This document shows, one piece after another, positions 26,918 to 42,051 of a stretch of DNA of 64,000 bases; within the stretch, counting starts at the first letter, position 1; each line of letters opens with the position of its first letter. The DNA is taken from NCBI RefSeq assembly GCF_009914755.1, contig NC_060940.1, one strand, 5' to 3'. Source of the DNA: the human T2T-CHM13v2.0 reference genome, Homo sapiens. The notes beneath the pieces are model-generated. The model was not told where the DNA came from. It worked only from the letters and a program-made list of their open reading frames with translations, and searched no databases. Position numbers and translations under genes: made by a program.

Positions 26918-27660
26918 AGACGGAGTCTTGCTCTGTCGCTCAGGCTGGAGTGCAGTGGCACCAATCTCAGCTCACTGCAACCTCTGCCTTCTGGGTTCAC
27001 GCCATTCTCCTGCCTCAGCCTCCCAGGTAGCTGGGACCTACAGGCAAATGCCTCCATGCCTGGCTAATTTTTTTTTTTTTTTTTTAAAGTAGAGATGGGG
27101 TTTCACCATGTTAGCCAGGATGGTCTCGATTTCCTAAACCTCGTGATCCACCCATCTCGGCCTCGCAAAGTGCTGGGATTACAGCAGTCAGCCACCGTGC
27201 CCGGCCCAGTTTGTTTCTTTTTTTTTTTTTTTTAAATTAGCCACATATGGTAGCATGCTCCTGTCTTCCCAGCTACTCAGGAGGCCAGGACAGGTAGATC
27301 GCTTGAGCCCAGGAGTTCAAGTCTGCAGTGAGCAGTGATCATAGCACTACATTCCAGCCTGGGCAACAGAGTGAGATCCTGTTTCACAAAAACAAATTCT
27401 AGTAGCCCCATTAAAAATATTTTTAAAACGCAGGTGATAATTGTAATAGTTTATTTCATTTAACCCAATACATCCAAGACATTGCCATTTCAACACGCAA
27501 TCCTTTTGAATCTTACTGATTTATTTTCCATTTTTGGGTACTAAGTCTGCCAAACTAGTGTGTTATTTTATGCACTGCACAGCTCTGCTCAGACGAACTG
27601 CATCTCAAGGACTCAGTGTCCTGTATGACTGGTGTCTTCCCGTATTGGGCAACAGAGCTC
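26706..27660. mobile_element. Nested insertion: MER33-like MITE > AluJ(+) (26764-27396) > AluY/Sc(-) (26887-27207)
   Basis: MER33-like ends on both sides; AluJ arms split at the linker by an antisense Alu carrying GGGTTCACGCCATTC. Confidence 0.8.
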
Positions 27661-28281
27661 TGTGGACCCAACTCCCAAACCTATGTCAGCCTCATCTCTG
27701 ACTGCCTAACCAACACTCCATTTGCATCACTTCACGAGCATCTCAAACCGAACTAAAAGGCATCTTTTGTTTTCTGCCCCAAAAGTGCTCCTACCCGTGA
27801 CTCCCCAGCTCAGGAAGTAGAGGTTCCATCTCAGCAGCTGTGGAGGCCACCAGTCCTTGCCTCTTCCTGTCCCCTACCTCGTAATTGACCAGGTTCCTAT
27901 TTATTCACTTCCTTAAGAAACAAGCACCTACTGTATACCAGTTGCCGGGCACACGGCAGTGAGCAAGACAGGTAAGGTGCACTACTGCCCTTGGCTCCAC
28001 CCCTGAAATAGATCTAGATCCGACTGCTTCCAGCACCCTCCACGCCTCACCACCACCATGGTCAAAGCTGCCATTGCCTCTCATGATGTGGGTGCCACAC
28101 TGTCCTCCCCAGTCACCCCCCGTGCCATCACACTGCCATTCAGGCTCCTCTCCACGCAGCAACCACTGCGACCTTTAACATTGGTTTGGATCACTCACTC
28201 GACCACAATCCTCCGTAGGACTCCTGCCCTGCTCTGCTCCTGGTGACCTCTGCCGTGGCAGACAGTGCTTTAAAAAGTATT

Positions 28282-28419
28282 GGCTGGGTGCAGTGGCTCA
28301 CACCTGCAATCCCAACACTTTTAGAGGCCAAGATGGGTTGGATCAGTTGAGCCCAGGAATTTTGACCAGCCTAGTCAACATAGTAACAATTCCATCTCTA
28401 CAAAAAAACACAACCACAT

Positions 28420-28450
<31 letters not shown>

Positions 28451-28602
28451 AGCCAGGTGTGGTTGCATATGCCTGTGTCTCAGCTCCTCAGGAGACAGAT
28501 GGGAGGATCGCTTGAGCCTAGGAGACAGAGGCTGCCATGAGCTGTGATCACACCACTGTATTCTAGCCTGAGCAACAAAGCAAGCCCGTCTCAAAACAAA
28601 AC
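28282..28602 (+). mobile_element. AluJ-like with (CA)n microsatellite in the linker (~28422-28450)
   Basis: Alu dimer; direct read of the CA repeat. Confidence 0.9.
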
Positions 28603-28882
28603 CGAACCCTAAAATCTGCTATGAAGGGGCAGGGATGTGGGGGGCTGTCAGAAACTTGCCCTGAGAGTGGCCTCAAAGCCTGCGCTAATGCCCCACCATC
28701 TATAGCTGAGGATTCTGAGGATTCTTTCCGACGTGCATGTAAGTGATGGGTAATTGAGGCATCATTGTGTGTGAAGCGGGACCTCTGAGAACCTTGATGA
28801 CTGACTGACAGGCCGAGGCAGCCTGGATTCTCCACACGGAGTGTTCCTCCTAGAGTCTGCATACATCTGTGACATGCCATCT

Positions 28883-29660
28883 GTGACAGACCCTACAATA
28901 GCCCCAAAGACACCCACACCCAAATCCCCGAAACCTGTGAATGTATGACCTTACAAGGGGCAGGGGGTTGAACACTGTCCCCCAAAACTCATGCCTGCCT
29001 AGAACCTGAGTGTGGCCTTACTTGGACACAGAGGGTCTTTGCAAATGTCATCAAGATGAGGTCACACTGTATTTGAGTGAGTGCCAATCCAGTGACTGGT
29101 GTCCCTGCCAGGAGGGGGAAATCTGGACAGAGGGAAAACAGCTTGTGAAGACAGGCAGGGACTGGCGTGTGGCAGCTACAACCCAAGGTGCGTCCAGGAG
29201 TGCCGGCAACCATGACAGGCCAGGAGAGGGGCACGGGGCACCCGCCCTCAGAGGCCCCAAGAGGAGCCAGCACTGCCAACACCTGGAATTCAGACCCCTG
29301 GCCTTCAGAAGTAGAAATACATTTGTTTGTTTTGAGCCACCATCTTATGGTCACTCATGACAGCACCTCCAGGAAGCAATACACATGGTGCAAGGGCCTT
29401 TGCAGATGGGAGTAACTGGAGGATCTGCAGATGGGGAGATGCCGCCGATCATCTAAGCACCCCAGTGGCATCAGAAGAGTCCTTGGAAGAGTCGGGAGAG
29501 GAGACATGATGGTGGAAGGAGAGAGACAAGGGACAGTATGAGACTTGAAGATGCCACCCTGCTAGCTTAGAAGATGGTGGAAGGGCCTTCACAGCTAGGG
29601 AATGCAGGCAGCCTCGGGAAACCAGAAAAGGCAGGGAACTAATGCTCCTCCTAGATGTCA
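28883..29660 (+). mobile_element. MLT1-type MaLR LTRs (one nested in another)
   Basis: CCTGTGAATGTATGACCTTAC, GGTCTTTGCAAATG, GGAGCCAGCACTGCCAACACC, GAAGATGG...AGGGAATGCAGGCAGCC motifs. Confidence 0.65.
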
Positions 29661-29939
29661 CCCTTTAAGTGTCAACCCCGGGGCTAACACAGGCATCCAG
29701 TGACTCCTCAGAAGCAGCCACCAGTGGTCGGCTGAGGGAGGCAGCGTGGCCAGCATCATAGCAGCAGGTGTTCCACGCCCCCTACCACCCCTGCTCCATG
29801 CCAGCCCTACACTGAGCCCTGGGATCCAGAAACAATGAGATAGGCCTGGGGAGGGGCAATTAGGAAAGGTGTTTCAAATACCTACAACAAAGTGCACTAT
29901 TGGGAGACGTGTGTCATCTGTGATGCTGCTGAGGGCACC

Positions 29940-30350
29940 TGAAGAATTTATAACAGCAAAGACAAGGAATCAAGCTAGGTTCCCATCAATGGATTGGATA
30001 AAAAATATATGGCACATAGAAAATGTGGTACCACGGAATACTATGCAGCCATAAAAAAACAATCACTTCGTGTGCAGCAACATGAACACAACTAGAGGCT
30101 GTTATCCTAAGAGAATTAATGCAGGAACAGAAAACCAAATACATGTTCTGACAAGTGGAAGCTAAACATCAAGTACACATGGACACAAGCGAACAACAGA
30201 CAGTGGGGCCTCCTTGTAGGTTGTAAAACCACCTAACGGAGTAGGCTTCTTACCTGGGTGACAAAATAATCCCTACACCAAACCCCCGACACCCAATTTA
30301 CCCACGTAACAAACCTGCACCTCTCAACCTACAAGTTGAAGGAAAAAAAA
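29940..30350 (+). mobile_element. Old L1 (L1PB/L1MA-like) 3' end
   Basis: GGAATACTATGCAGCCATAAAAA, ACAGAAAACCAAATAC, GTAACAAACCTGCAC, A-tail. Confidence 0.8.
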
Positions 30351-30538
30351 TTCACAGTTTGAGGTTATCCTTAAGGATTTAGATTACATTTTCTACAGCA
30401 AAAACAGGACATAGCCTCTTGTCCTAAAAATCATCCTCCTGATGAATGGGTCAACAACACCGGCTCTTTCCACACAAGGGAGGAGTGCTCAGCCTTAAAA
30501 ATTAAGGGAATGCTGACACATGGATAAGGCTTGAGGAC

Positions 30539-31203
<665 letters not shown>

Positions 31204-32123
31204 AGGACATTATGCTGACTGAAATAAACCAGTCACAAAGAATGGGCGATTCTGGATGATTACACATATGGCATTTCCTAGAAGAGCCAAATTCAAAGGG
31301 AGAGAAGGTAGAGTGCCAGTGGCCAGGGGTTGGAGGAAAGGTAGATAAGAAGTTCGTGTTTAATGTGTGTAGAGTTTGTTTGGGAAGATGGAGTAGTTCT
31401 GGAGATGGACGACAGTGTCAGCTGCATAATGACTTCAATGTACCGAATACCACACAACAGCACCCTTACCAGATAGTTAACATGAGACAGTTTATGTTAC
31501 GTGTATTTTACCACAGTGAAATCCTTAGTCATCACCCCGATTTCTCAGATGAGATTGAAGCCCAGAGGGGCAAGAAGCTTGCCCACGTGCCCACAGCTTT
31601 GACGCAGCATTACTGCCGATTCAAACCCAAGCTTTTCCATCCCAAAATCTTAGCCCTGACCACTGAGTGAAAGGGCAGCTAGGAGGATGGTGAAAGAAAC
31701 GTGGGATTGTTTTCCTATCCTGTGCTGTTAACTGGGTCTGACACCAGTTGGGACGGCCAACCAAGTTTGCTGGAGATTTTAAGTCAAACAAGGTTAACAT
31801 TTATCACAGGCCTGTTCAGCAGCTTATGGCAAGAGGTCAACTTTTTGATCACACAGAATAGATGGGAGTTACCACCCAAGACAGGGCTGGACCACGTGAC
31901 TTCTGATGTGCTGCCAGCCATGAGGAGGTCGATTAAGTACCCTGGGGAGGTGGCAGGACTCCTCCGTAAAACCAGCCCACTGCAAAGGGGGTTTCCCTCT
32001 GATGACACAGCCAGCGCTTCACAGTTCCCCATGGCCACCCTCTCAAACATTATGTTCAGACCAGAAAAATCAGATTAAAGAATGGAACCCCTTGCAAGCC
32101 CACGCATGAAAAGGCTCATGACT

Positions 32124-32439
<316 letters not shown>

Positions 32440-33400
32440 TCAAGGGCTTGAGGTGGGGGTCTCCTACCAAGGCCTGGCTCTGCCCCACCTGGCTATGGGA
32501 GCTGAGCCTTGTCTATCAACCTCTCCAGGCCTCAATGTCTTCAATCTGGAAAATGACCTTCCTGCTGGTCATTGTATTAAATGAGTAAGATGTAGAGAGT
32601 GCTCAGAACACCGTTTGTCTCTAAGCAAGCGTTTCTGAAGGGTCTTCTCACATCTGTGAACACAGCTGTTGTTCAATGCCTCACACTCTTCCCCTAGCTC
32701 ATTCTTCCACTTTCTCTGCTCTGACCCCAATCCTGGTCCATGGCAAGATGCCTGGGGCACAACCCGGGAGCCCGAAACATCTCAGACAGTGAACGCACCA
32801 GTGAGCCGCTGGCCACCTTTTCTTATTTAAAACCCTCAGTCCCACGAGGCAGGAATTCTCGACCCCCATTTTCCCCAACGGGGGAACTGAGCCTTGGAGA
32901 AGGTAAATTACATAGAAACCAAAAAACCCTAAAAGCAGCTGAAAGACTCAAGAACGACATGGAGAATGGCTCGAGCAGGGACGCTATCCTTCGAGGCCTG
33001 TTTGTCAGATGGGACCAACAGCATTACTCACCTCATGCGGTTGTCGGGAGGAACAAATGAGGCAATGGAGCATCAAGCATACAGTAAGTGCTCAATGGAT
33101 GGTCAGTCCGATCCTCTTTGGTGTGGAGACTGGATAGTCCCATTAAGTCGTTCCACCGCAGCAGACAAAGGCCCATAGACTTATTTCAGGACACCCTGTA
33201 TTGCTAATGATTATTTTTATTTATTGAGCACTTACTGTGTGTCAGATCCTGGGCTACTAAGCCCTTGATGTTTACCCTTCAAAGCCGTTACAAGACTTAC
33301 AGCAATGCTGGAAGGAATCTGAGGCCTAGAGAGGTGGTGAAACGTGCTCAAAACCACACAGCACTGAATGGTTGACTTAAGTGCAAGGACAGCGTGTTGT

Positions 33401-33436
33401 GGGGTTGGGGTTGGGGTTGGGGTTGGGTTTGGGGGG
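33401..33436 (+). repeat. (GGGGTT)4-type G-rich repeat
   Basis: GGGGTTGGGGTTGGGGTTGGGGTTGGGTTTGGGGGG. Confidence 0.9.
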
Positions 33437-34549
33437 AATCGAGACTGCTGTATCCCAGCCTCACCACTGCCCCCCAGGACACCTGACTCACTCCCCAAGG
33501 TATTATGGGCACAGAGAGATGAGCAGCTCAACAAAGACATGCCTTTTCTAGGAAAAAAACTAGTTTCTTCTAATATTCATTTTATGTCGCGGACGTCCTT
33601 ACTTCTCCATGAGACGCCCAACTGCCAGGTCTGCCTGTTCCGTTTCCCGCCCTTTCTCCTAAAAGGAGCAGTATTACTCCGTGTTCTTGCTCTTTACAGA
33701 ACCAGGAGTTCTGGGAAACAGTAAGGTGAGTCCTGTGTGCACAGGCTTTGGAATTTGTCAGTCCCCCTGCAGTGACCTGCCAAGCTGTCACCCCGGGACA
33801 CAAGTGCAGCCTGCAGCTCAGGGAGGCCACCTTCTGCCTCGCAAACATCAGCATCATCACCATGGGTGACAGAGGCACTGAGTATGGTAAAACCCAGTCA
33901 CCAGAGGTTGACAACCCTGCGTCCCTCCGCCACCCTCCTCCAACTCTGGTGAGGCTGTCTGGGTGGCAGCAGCTCTCCATGCCTTCAGCCCGGCCAGCTT
34001 TGCTTCCTCAGCTCCTAGTCTCCCAGAGTGACACTAAAAACCCACCCAGCTCAGTTCCTTGGTGGGCTGTACACTTGACCACACCCCAGCATCACCCAAA
34101 GGACTGGAGAGGGAGGGGACCGTGTTGGTTTTATTCACCATTGTCGGAACATAATAGACACTCAGTTAAGTGAATGAATAATTCAGTGAATGAATGAACT
34201 AAGTAACGATTACTTGCTGTTAGGCTCCTCTCCCTCTCTCCTGGTGAAAAAGCATAATTATCCCACCGCCATCCACGAGATTTCCGACAGGCTGGCTGTG
34301 AAAACACCAACTAGACCCTATGCCCTCAGCTGTTACAGCTCAGAGCCAAGACCCTGACCCACTGTGTCTCAGTGATGGCTGCATGTGCCTCATGTCTGGT
34401 CGGGAGCAGCTGCTCTGTGGAAGGGGGTGACATGTTGGTCTTCCAAGCCTCTGCCATGTGTAGACAACCCAGCTCAGGTGGCTACAAACCCTGAACCAGG
34501 ACTGGAACCAGGGGATGGGGGTTTATCTGGATCTCAAAAGCCTCCTTGG

Positions 34550-34840
34550 GGTAGGGTGCAGTGGCTCACATCTGTAAATCCCAGCACTTTAGGAGGCCAA
34601 GGCAGGATTGCTTGAGCCCAGAAGTTCAAGACCAACCTGGACAACATAGTGAGACTCCATCTCTACAAAATAATAAGTAAACAGCTGGGTGTGGTGGTAC
34701 ATGCCTGTAGTCCCAGGTACTTGTGAGGCTGAGTTAGGATTACCTGGGCCCTGGGAGGTTGAGGCTGCAGTGAACCATAATCACACCACGGCAGTCCAAC
34801 TTGTGTGACAAAGCAAGACTTAAAAAAAAAAAAAAAAAAA
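34550..34840 (+). mobile_element. AluJ-like
   Basis: Dimer, A-tail, TSD AAAGCCTCCTTGG. Confidence 0.95.
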
Positions 34841-35121
34841 GCAAGAAAGCCTCCTTGGATCATGGGATCTCAGCTTGCCCTCATCCCTGAAAAGCATCCC
34901 AGAGACTGCCTCCAAGGACACAGACGGCCTCCAAGGACAAGGGTTCATAGTAGCAGAAATCTAGGACACCCCTGTATCCTGTGCCAGGGGAATCCTGTGT
35001 TCTCTGAAAAGGGGCTTTCCCTAAGTGTCCCTCCTGTGGTTACTTAACCCTGAGGAGGAAGAGCAAGAGCAACATCCCAATCCACCCAAGGCTCAAAATG
35101 TTCTGAGACTGAATATCGTAA

Positions 35122-35254
35122 TTTTTTTTTTTTTTTTTTTTTGAGACGGAATCTCACTGTCACCCAGGCTGGAGTGCAGTGTAGCAGTCTCGGCTCACGG
35201 CTACCTCTGTCTCCCGGGTTCAAGCAATTTTCCTGCTTCAGCCCCTCAGTAGCC
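35122..35254 (-). mobile_element. Alu right-arm fragment
   Basis: Poly(T) then GAGACGGAATCTC..., truncated. Confidence 0.9.
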
Positions 35255-35397
35255 ATAACAGCTTTTTCATTCTTTGAAAACCAGAAGTGTTTCCCTATTC
35301 TGCATGAAATGAGTTAGTTGAATTCGAGTAGGCTGCTTCATCAAGATACATGAACCCATGGAAAGTGATTTTGATTTCTCTGCAGTGCAACTGCAAT

Positions 35398-35708
35398 GTC
35401 TTAAAAAAAAAAAAAAAAAAAAAAAAGAAAAGAAAAGTTAGGACTGAATCTCACTGTCACCCAGGCTGGAGTGCAGTAGGCGCCATCTCAGCTCACTGCA
35501 ACCTCCACCTCCCGGTTCGAGCAATTCTTGTGCTTCAGCCTCCCAATTACAGGCACATGCCATCACGCCTGGCTAATTTTTGTTTTTTCGTAGAGACTGG
35601 GCTTTGCCACGTTTACCAGTCTGGTCTTGAACTTCTGACCTCCGGTCATCCAACCACCTCAGCCACCCAAAATGCTGGGATCACAGGCCTGAGTCACCAC
35701 GGCAGGCC
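35398..35708 (-). mobile_element. Alu with inverted tail segment
   Basis: Antisense Alu body preceded by poly(A) instead of poly(T); see findings. Confidence 0.9.
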
Positions 35709-36137
35709 TTATCTGCCTTTTTTCTTTGACTATTGTTACTGTAGCTTGCATTTGTTTCTGTTTGAAGGATCACAAACGCTGCTGTACTTCCGTGTCTCCC
35801 TCTATTTGGCAACCTCTCAAGGGTAAGGACTGAAGGCTGGGTGTTTGGCCCCTTTGTCTACATCCTTTCCCAGTTTTATCTGCTGCTTTCAACACTGCCC
35901 ATACACTTGAGACTCTCCCATGTAGATATCTCCTAGGCATCTCAGATGTAACATGGCTCAAGTAGAAACCCTGAGGCCTCCCCCACCCTGCTCCTTCAGT
36001 CTCTCATGATGGTACAGGCACCTCCACCCAGCATTTCAAGCTCACACCTGAGTCATACCTGACTCTTCTGCCTTCACCGACTTCCCACAATACCCAACAC
36101 ATCAGCAAGTCCCATCTGCTCTACATGCAATACCTGT

Positions 36138-36605
36138 CATGTGTTGATGAATATCCCCATAAGATCCAGGGGTCCTCCCGGAACCTCAGAATTTTACCTT
36201 ATTTGGAAATAGATAAATAGGTCTTTGTAGATATAGTTACATTAAAGTCAAGTCATACTAAATTCGAGTGGGTCCTCCATCTAATGCTCAGAGCCCTTCT
36301 AAGAAGGCAGAACATGGAAATAGAGATGACCAAGGCTCCGTAAAAAGACAGACCCTGCGGAAATAGAGATGACCAAGTCTTGGTAAAGAGACAGATAGAA
36401 CCTGGAGCCACACATCCTTGCACTGAGAAATGCCTAGGACTGGCAGAAACCACAGGAAGCCAAAGAAGGGGTCTTCACAGAAAGGAGGGCCCCGCCCACA
36501 ACGCAATTCCAGCCTTCTCACCTCCAGAATTGCTGGGGAACAAACTTCCACTAAGCCACCAAGTCCATGGCCATGCGTTACAACAGCCCTAAAAAGAAAC
36601 TAACT
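36138..36605 (+). mobile_element. MLT1B/C-like LTR
   Basis: ACCTTATTTGGAAATAG...GGTCTTTGTAGAT...CCTCCAGAATTG...TAAGCCACC. Confidence 0.65.
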
Positions 36606-36606
36606 T

Positions 36607-36901
<295 letters not shown>

Positions 36902-37165
36902 CCCCAACACACTTCTCCACCCACACCCATCTACATCACTCCATCTCTGCTGCCATGCTCTCTTCTAGGTCACCGTGAGCATCTGCTGAGACACGCTAAA
37001 AGCCTTCTGCTGATCTCTGCCCTATCCCCGTACCTTTATTTCCCCATCAGACACCACATATTTTATATGCACACATATACCTCCATACGATGTAAATTTA
37101 ACATGCAAACACATAAGCACTATACACACATGTATATACATGTGTGTATATGTATGTGTGTATTA

Positions 37166-37428
37166 GGACAGTCTTACTCCTGTAACTCAGCCTGGAGTGC
37201 AATGGTGCTATCAACTTCCAGGCTCAAGCAATCCTCCCATCTCGGCCTCCTGAGTAGCTGGGATTACAAGCACACACCACCACGCTGGACTAATTTTTTG
37301 TATTTTTAGTGGACTTGGGGTTTTGCCATGTTGCCCAAGCTGGTCTCGAGCTCCTGGGCTCACACGATCCTCCCCGCCTCTGCCTCTCAAAGTACTCGGA
37401 TTACAGGCCTAAGCCAATGGGCCCACCC
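37166..37428 (-). mobile_element. AluJ-like, internally deleted
   Basis: Antisense Alu with GCTCAAGCAATCCTCCC; tail replaced by TA/TG low-complexity sequence. Confidence 0.85.
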
Positions 37429-37787
37429 CATAAGCTGTAGGTTAAATAGGTATAGGTATGTATATGTCATCTGTACATACATATGCTTGCGACTTCCTCC
37501 AAATACAGCATCCTCCACCGTAGAATGTTCCCTGCCGCCCCTTTCCAGCTAATTCCCACTCTGAACTCAGCAAGGCAGCTGCTTCCTGATTTCTGTCACC
37601 ATGGAGGAGTTGGCCTATTCCCGGATGTCATGTAAATCACATCGCATAGTGTGCAAACAGTCCCGTCTGGCCTCTCTTACTCAACATAATCTTTGAGATT
37701 CGTCCACAGTGTTGTATGTATCAATAATTCATTCTCTTATCACACTTATATTCCACTGTAGCCAGTGATGTTTGTAAAACAATCAGA

Positions 37788-38288
<501 letters not shown>

Positions 38289-38916
38289 TCACCCTGTTCA
38301 ACTCATCACAGGGAGGTTTTCCCTCATCATTCTGTCTGAAACCACCACACGCACTGCTGTATTCCCAAATAGCTAAGTGGGAGTTAGAGTGATGACTTCA
38401 CCTTACTCTGTGCTGCCCTCTCAGCTCCTAGAATAACTTCCTGGCAGAGCAGTTCACCCTCAAATATTTCAGTGAATGATCTGCAGAAAGCTTCAAGCAT
38501 AGGTTATGCCTTTTGTATCATTCACGAGTGCCATTTGTTGATACCTCCGGTTTTCTTCTAAGCACCCTGTGAGGTTAGAAGTAGTCAGGCATCCTGGTTT
38601 GGCCAATAACATTTGAAAGGAAGTCATCTATGTCCATTCCAGGTGTGAGCTCAGAAGGCTGGTGTGGGATCTACCTTCCCTTCCCTCTGCTGTGGGTGAT
38701 GATCACCAAGCTCATGTGGAGACCCTCCACCAGCCTCCTCCCAGGGGAGCCACAGTGCCCAAAGCCCCCCAAGCTGGCCTGTACTGAATGGATACCTCAA
38801 GCAAGGAACAAATTTATTATGTGAAAACAATGCCCTTTGGGGGTGTTTGTTATTGCAACATAACCTACAGTATCCTCAGTTTTTTCCATATACACCCTCC
38901 ACATTCCCCTCCTGCC

Positions 38917-39217
38917 TTTTTTCTGGGGGGTGATAGTCTGTCACCCAGACTGCAGTGCAGTGATGCAATCTCAGCTCCCTGCAACCTTCACCTCCTGAGT
39001 TGAAGAGATTCTCATACCTCAGCCTCTGGAGTAGATGGGGCTGCAGGTGAAGGCCACCACGCCGAGACAGTATTGTATGGGTGTGTATTTTAGTAGAGAC
39101 AAGGTTTCACCACGTTGGCCAGGCTGGTCTCTAACTCCTGACCTCAGGCAATCCACCAATCCACCTGCCTCGGCCTGCCAAAGCACTAGGATTACAGGTG
39201 TGAGCCACTGCGCCTGA
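38917..39217 (-). mobile_element. Alu (AluS-like)
   Basis: Antisense dimer. Confidence 0.9.
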
Positions 39218-39547
39218 CTTCAGCCTCCTGCTTTTAACTTAAGGCCACAACCTATTGATCCCCAAATTCACACGGGTTATCCCTGTTGTTCTTCACACAA
39301 CTACTGACCTGTATTTTCATTGCTCACTTGACACTGCTGCCTGGCATCTCAACCTCTCAAAGTTCGTATTTCCAAAGGGAGCTCCTAGTCCTGCTCTCAA
39401 ACCTGTTCCACCTCCAATCTTCCCCTCCCAGAGTCCCTGAGTAACTGCAGTGAGTAGGCCAGAAACTGGAGTTGGCTTTCAGTCCTTCCTTTCACACCTC
39501 ACACACCTGATTTGTCAGCAATTCCTATCAAAATACATCCAGATCCA

Positions 39548-40145
<598 letters not shown>

Positions 40146-40152
<7 letters not shown>

Positions 40153-40733
40153 ATCTTGGAACCCCAAACTCATTCAGCCAAAGGGAAAAGTCAAGCTGGA
40201 AACTGGGTCACGCAAACCTGTCTCCCCTTTTCCTTCTTAAACAAGATGGTGACAAGATTAAGAGCTACAAGCCTCTTCCGTATTTTACCCATGAAGAAAT
40301 TATGAGCTCCAAGATCCTTAACCCTAAGGTCTTTCTGTTAAAATGTCCCCACGGCAATGTAAATTGATAGCTCATCTTCAGAGGTGCAGTCACCCAGGGC
40401 CCACCAGGAACAAATGCGTATCTGATTGTTCCCTGCCCCATTTTGTCTGTTATCTTATGTAAACATGTAGATTCCCTGTATTTTTCCTCTGCCCCAATTA
40501 TCTGCCATCTTATGTAAAAAACGCAGATTGACTGAGCCAAAGGCACAAATGACTTTTTCCCTTCCCAGCTCTTACATGACAACTGTGTGCTTCTTAATAT
40601 CCTCTAAATTTGGAGCCTTCAAAATCATCTTCAGAGAAAGGCATAGACTTGTCTCCTAGGCACACATCCTTATCTTTGGCAAATAAACCTCCTAAAATGA
40701 TTGAGACCTGTCTCATCATTTTTCTTGACTGAC
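40146..40733 (+). mobile_element. MER4-family ERV1 solo LTR, 5' bases lost at the Alu junction
   Basis: AAAATAAATCTTGGAACCCCAAACTC...AAGGGAAAAGTCAAGCTGG start; GGCAAATAAACCTCC...TGACA end. Confidence 0.75.
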
Positions 40734-40769
40734 AGCCCAATGGATGCTCTAGAGTGAGCTGAACCTGAT

Positions 40770-41570
40770 GGGATTCCTGTGATTATGTTACCTTATGTGG
40801 AAGCAAAAGGGATTTCACTGATGTAATTAAGGTTACTAATCAGTTGACTTTGAGCTAATCCAGAAGGAGATTATCTGGGGGACCTGGCGTACTTGCCTGA
40901 GCCAAGGGCTCACAGATTGAAGTGGCCAAAATCTCAAAGTGTGGGAAGGATTTGAAGTCCCATTGCTGGTTTAGCAGATGGAGGGTGCTGTATGTAAAGG
41001 AACATGGGTAACATTAAGGTGCTAATTGCCACCCCAACTGATGACCAGCAAGGCAACAGGGACCATGGTTGTTGGCTCCAAGGAACAGAACCCTGCAAGT
41101 GGCAAGAAAGAGCTTGGCTATAATCCCAGCACTTGGGGAGGCTGAGGAAAGTGGGTCACTTAAGGTCAGGAGTTTGATACCAGCCTAAGACAGTGAAACC
41201 CCATCTCTACTAAAAATACAAAGATTAGCCAGGCATGGTAGTGCACACCTGTAATCCCAGCCACTCAGGAGGCTGAGGCAGGAGAATCACTTCAACCCGG
41301 GAGGTGGAGGTTGCAATGAGTCAAGATTGTGCCACTGTACTCCAGCCTGGGCAGCAAAGGGATATTCCTTCTCCCACAAAAAAAAAAAAAAAGCTTAGAA
41401 GTTTGCTCCTTATATCCTCCGGGTGAGGATTCAGTTCAGCTTTATAATACCTTGAGCAGAGAACCTAGGCACACTCTGATAAACAGTCTACACAGCTATA
41501 CATGTAGGCTGTTTCTATCTGCTATGTTTGTGGTAATTCTTAATGCAGCAACAGAAAGCAAATACAAATA
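40770..41570 (+). mobile_element. MLT1-type LTR split by an Alu (41118-41392)
   Basis: ATGTTACCTTATGTGG...GATGTAATTAAGGTTACTAATCAGTTGACTTTGAG; end GCAGCAACAGAAAGCAAATACA. Confidence 0.7.
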
Positions 41571-41589
41571 ACGACCTTCAATCCCAAGG

Positions 41590-42015
41590 GCAGGGAAATA
41601 TGTTCGCAATATCCTATTGCATAAACAACTTAGGTCCAGGAAATAAAGAACTCCTGCAAAGCAATGAGGACAACAACCACCTGATAGAAAAATGAGCAAA
41701 AGACCTGAAGACACACTTCATTAAAAAATAGCTAATAGGCCAGGCACAGTGGCTCATGCCTGTAATCCCAACACTTTGGGAGGCCGAGACAGGTAGATCA
41801 TTTGAAGTCAGGAGTTGAAGAACAGGCTGGCTAACACGGTAAGACCCCTTCTCTCCTGAAAACACAAAAATCAGCCAAGTGTGGTAGCAGGCATCTATAG
41901 TCCCAGTTACTCAGGAGACTGAGGCAGGAGAATCACTTGAGCCTGGGAGTCAGAGGTTGCAGTGAGCCAAGATTATGCCACTGCATACCATCGTGGCAAA
42001 CAGTGAGACTGTCAC

Positions 42016-42051
<36 letters not shown>

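Noticed and set aside
36316-36400. ~43-bp two-copy direct repeat (GGAAATAGAGATGACCAAG)
   Set aside because: Local tandem duplication inside an MLT1 LTR; not an array and not CRISPR-like.
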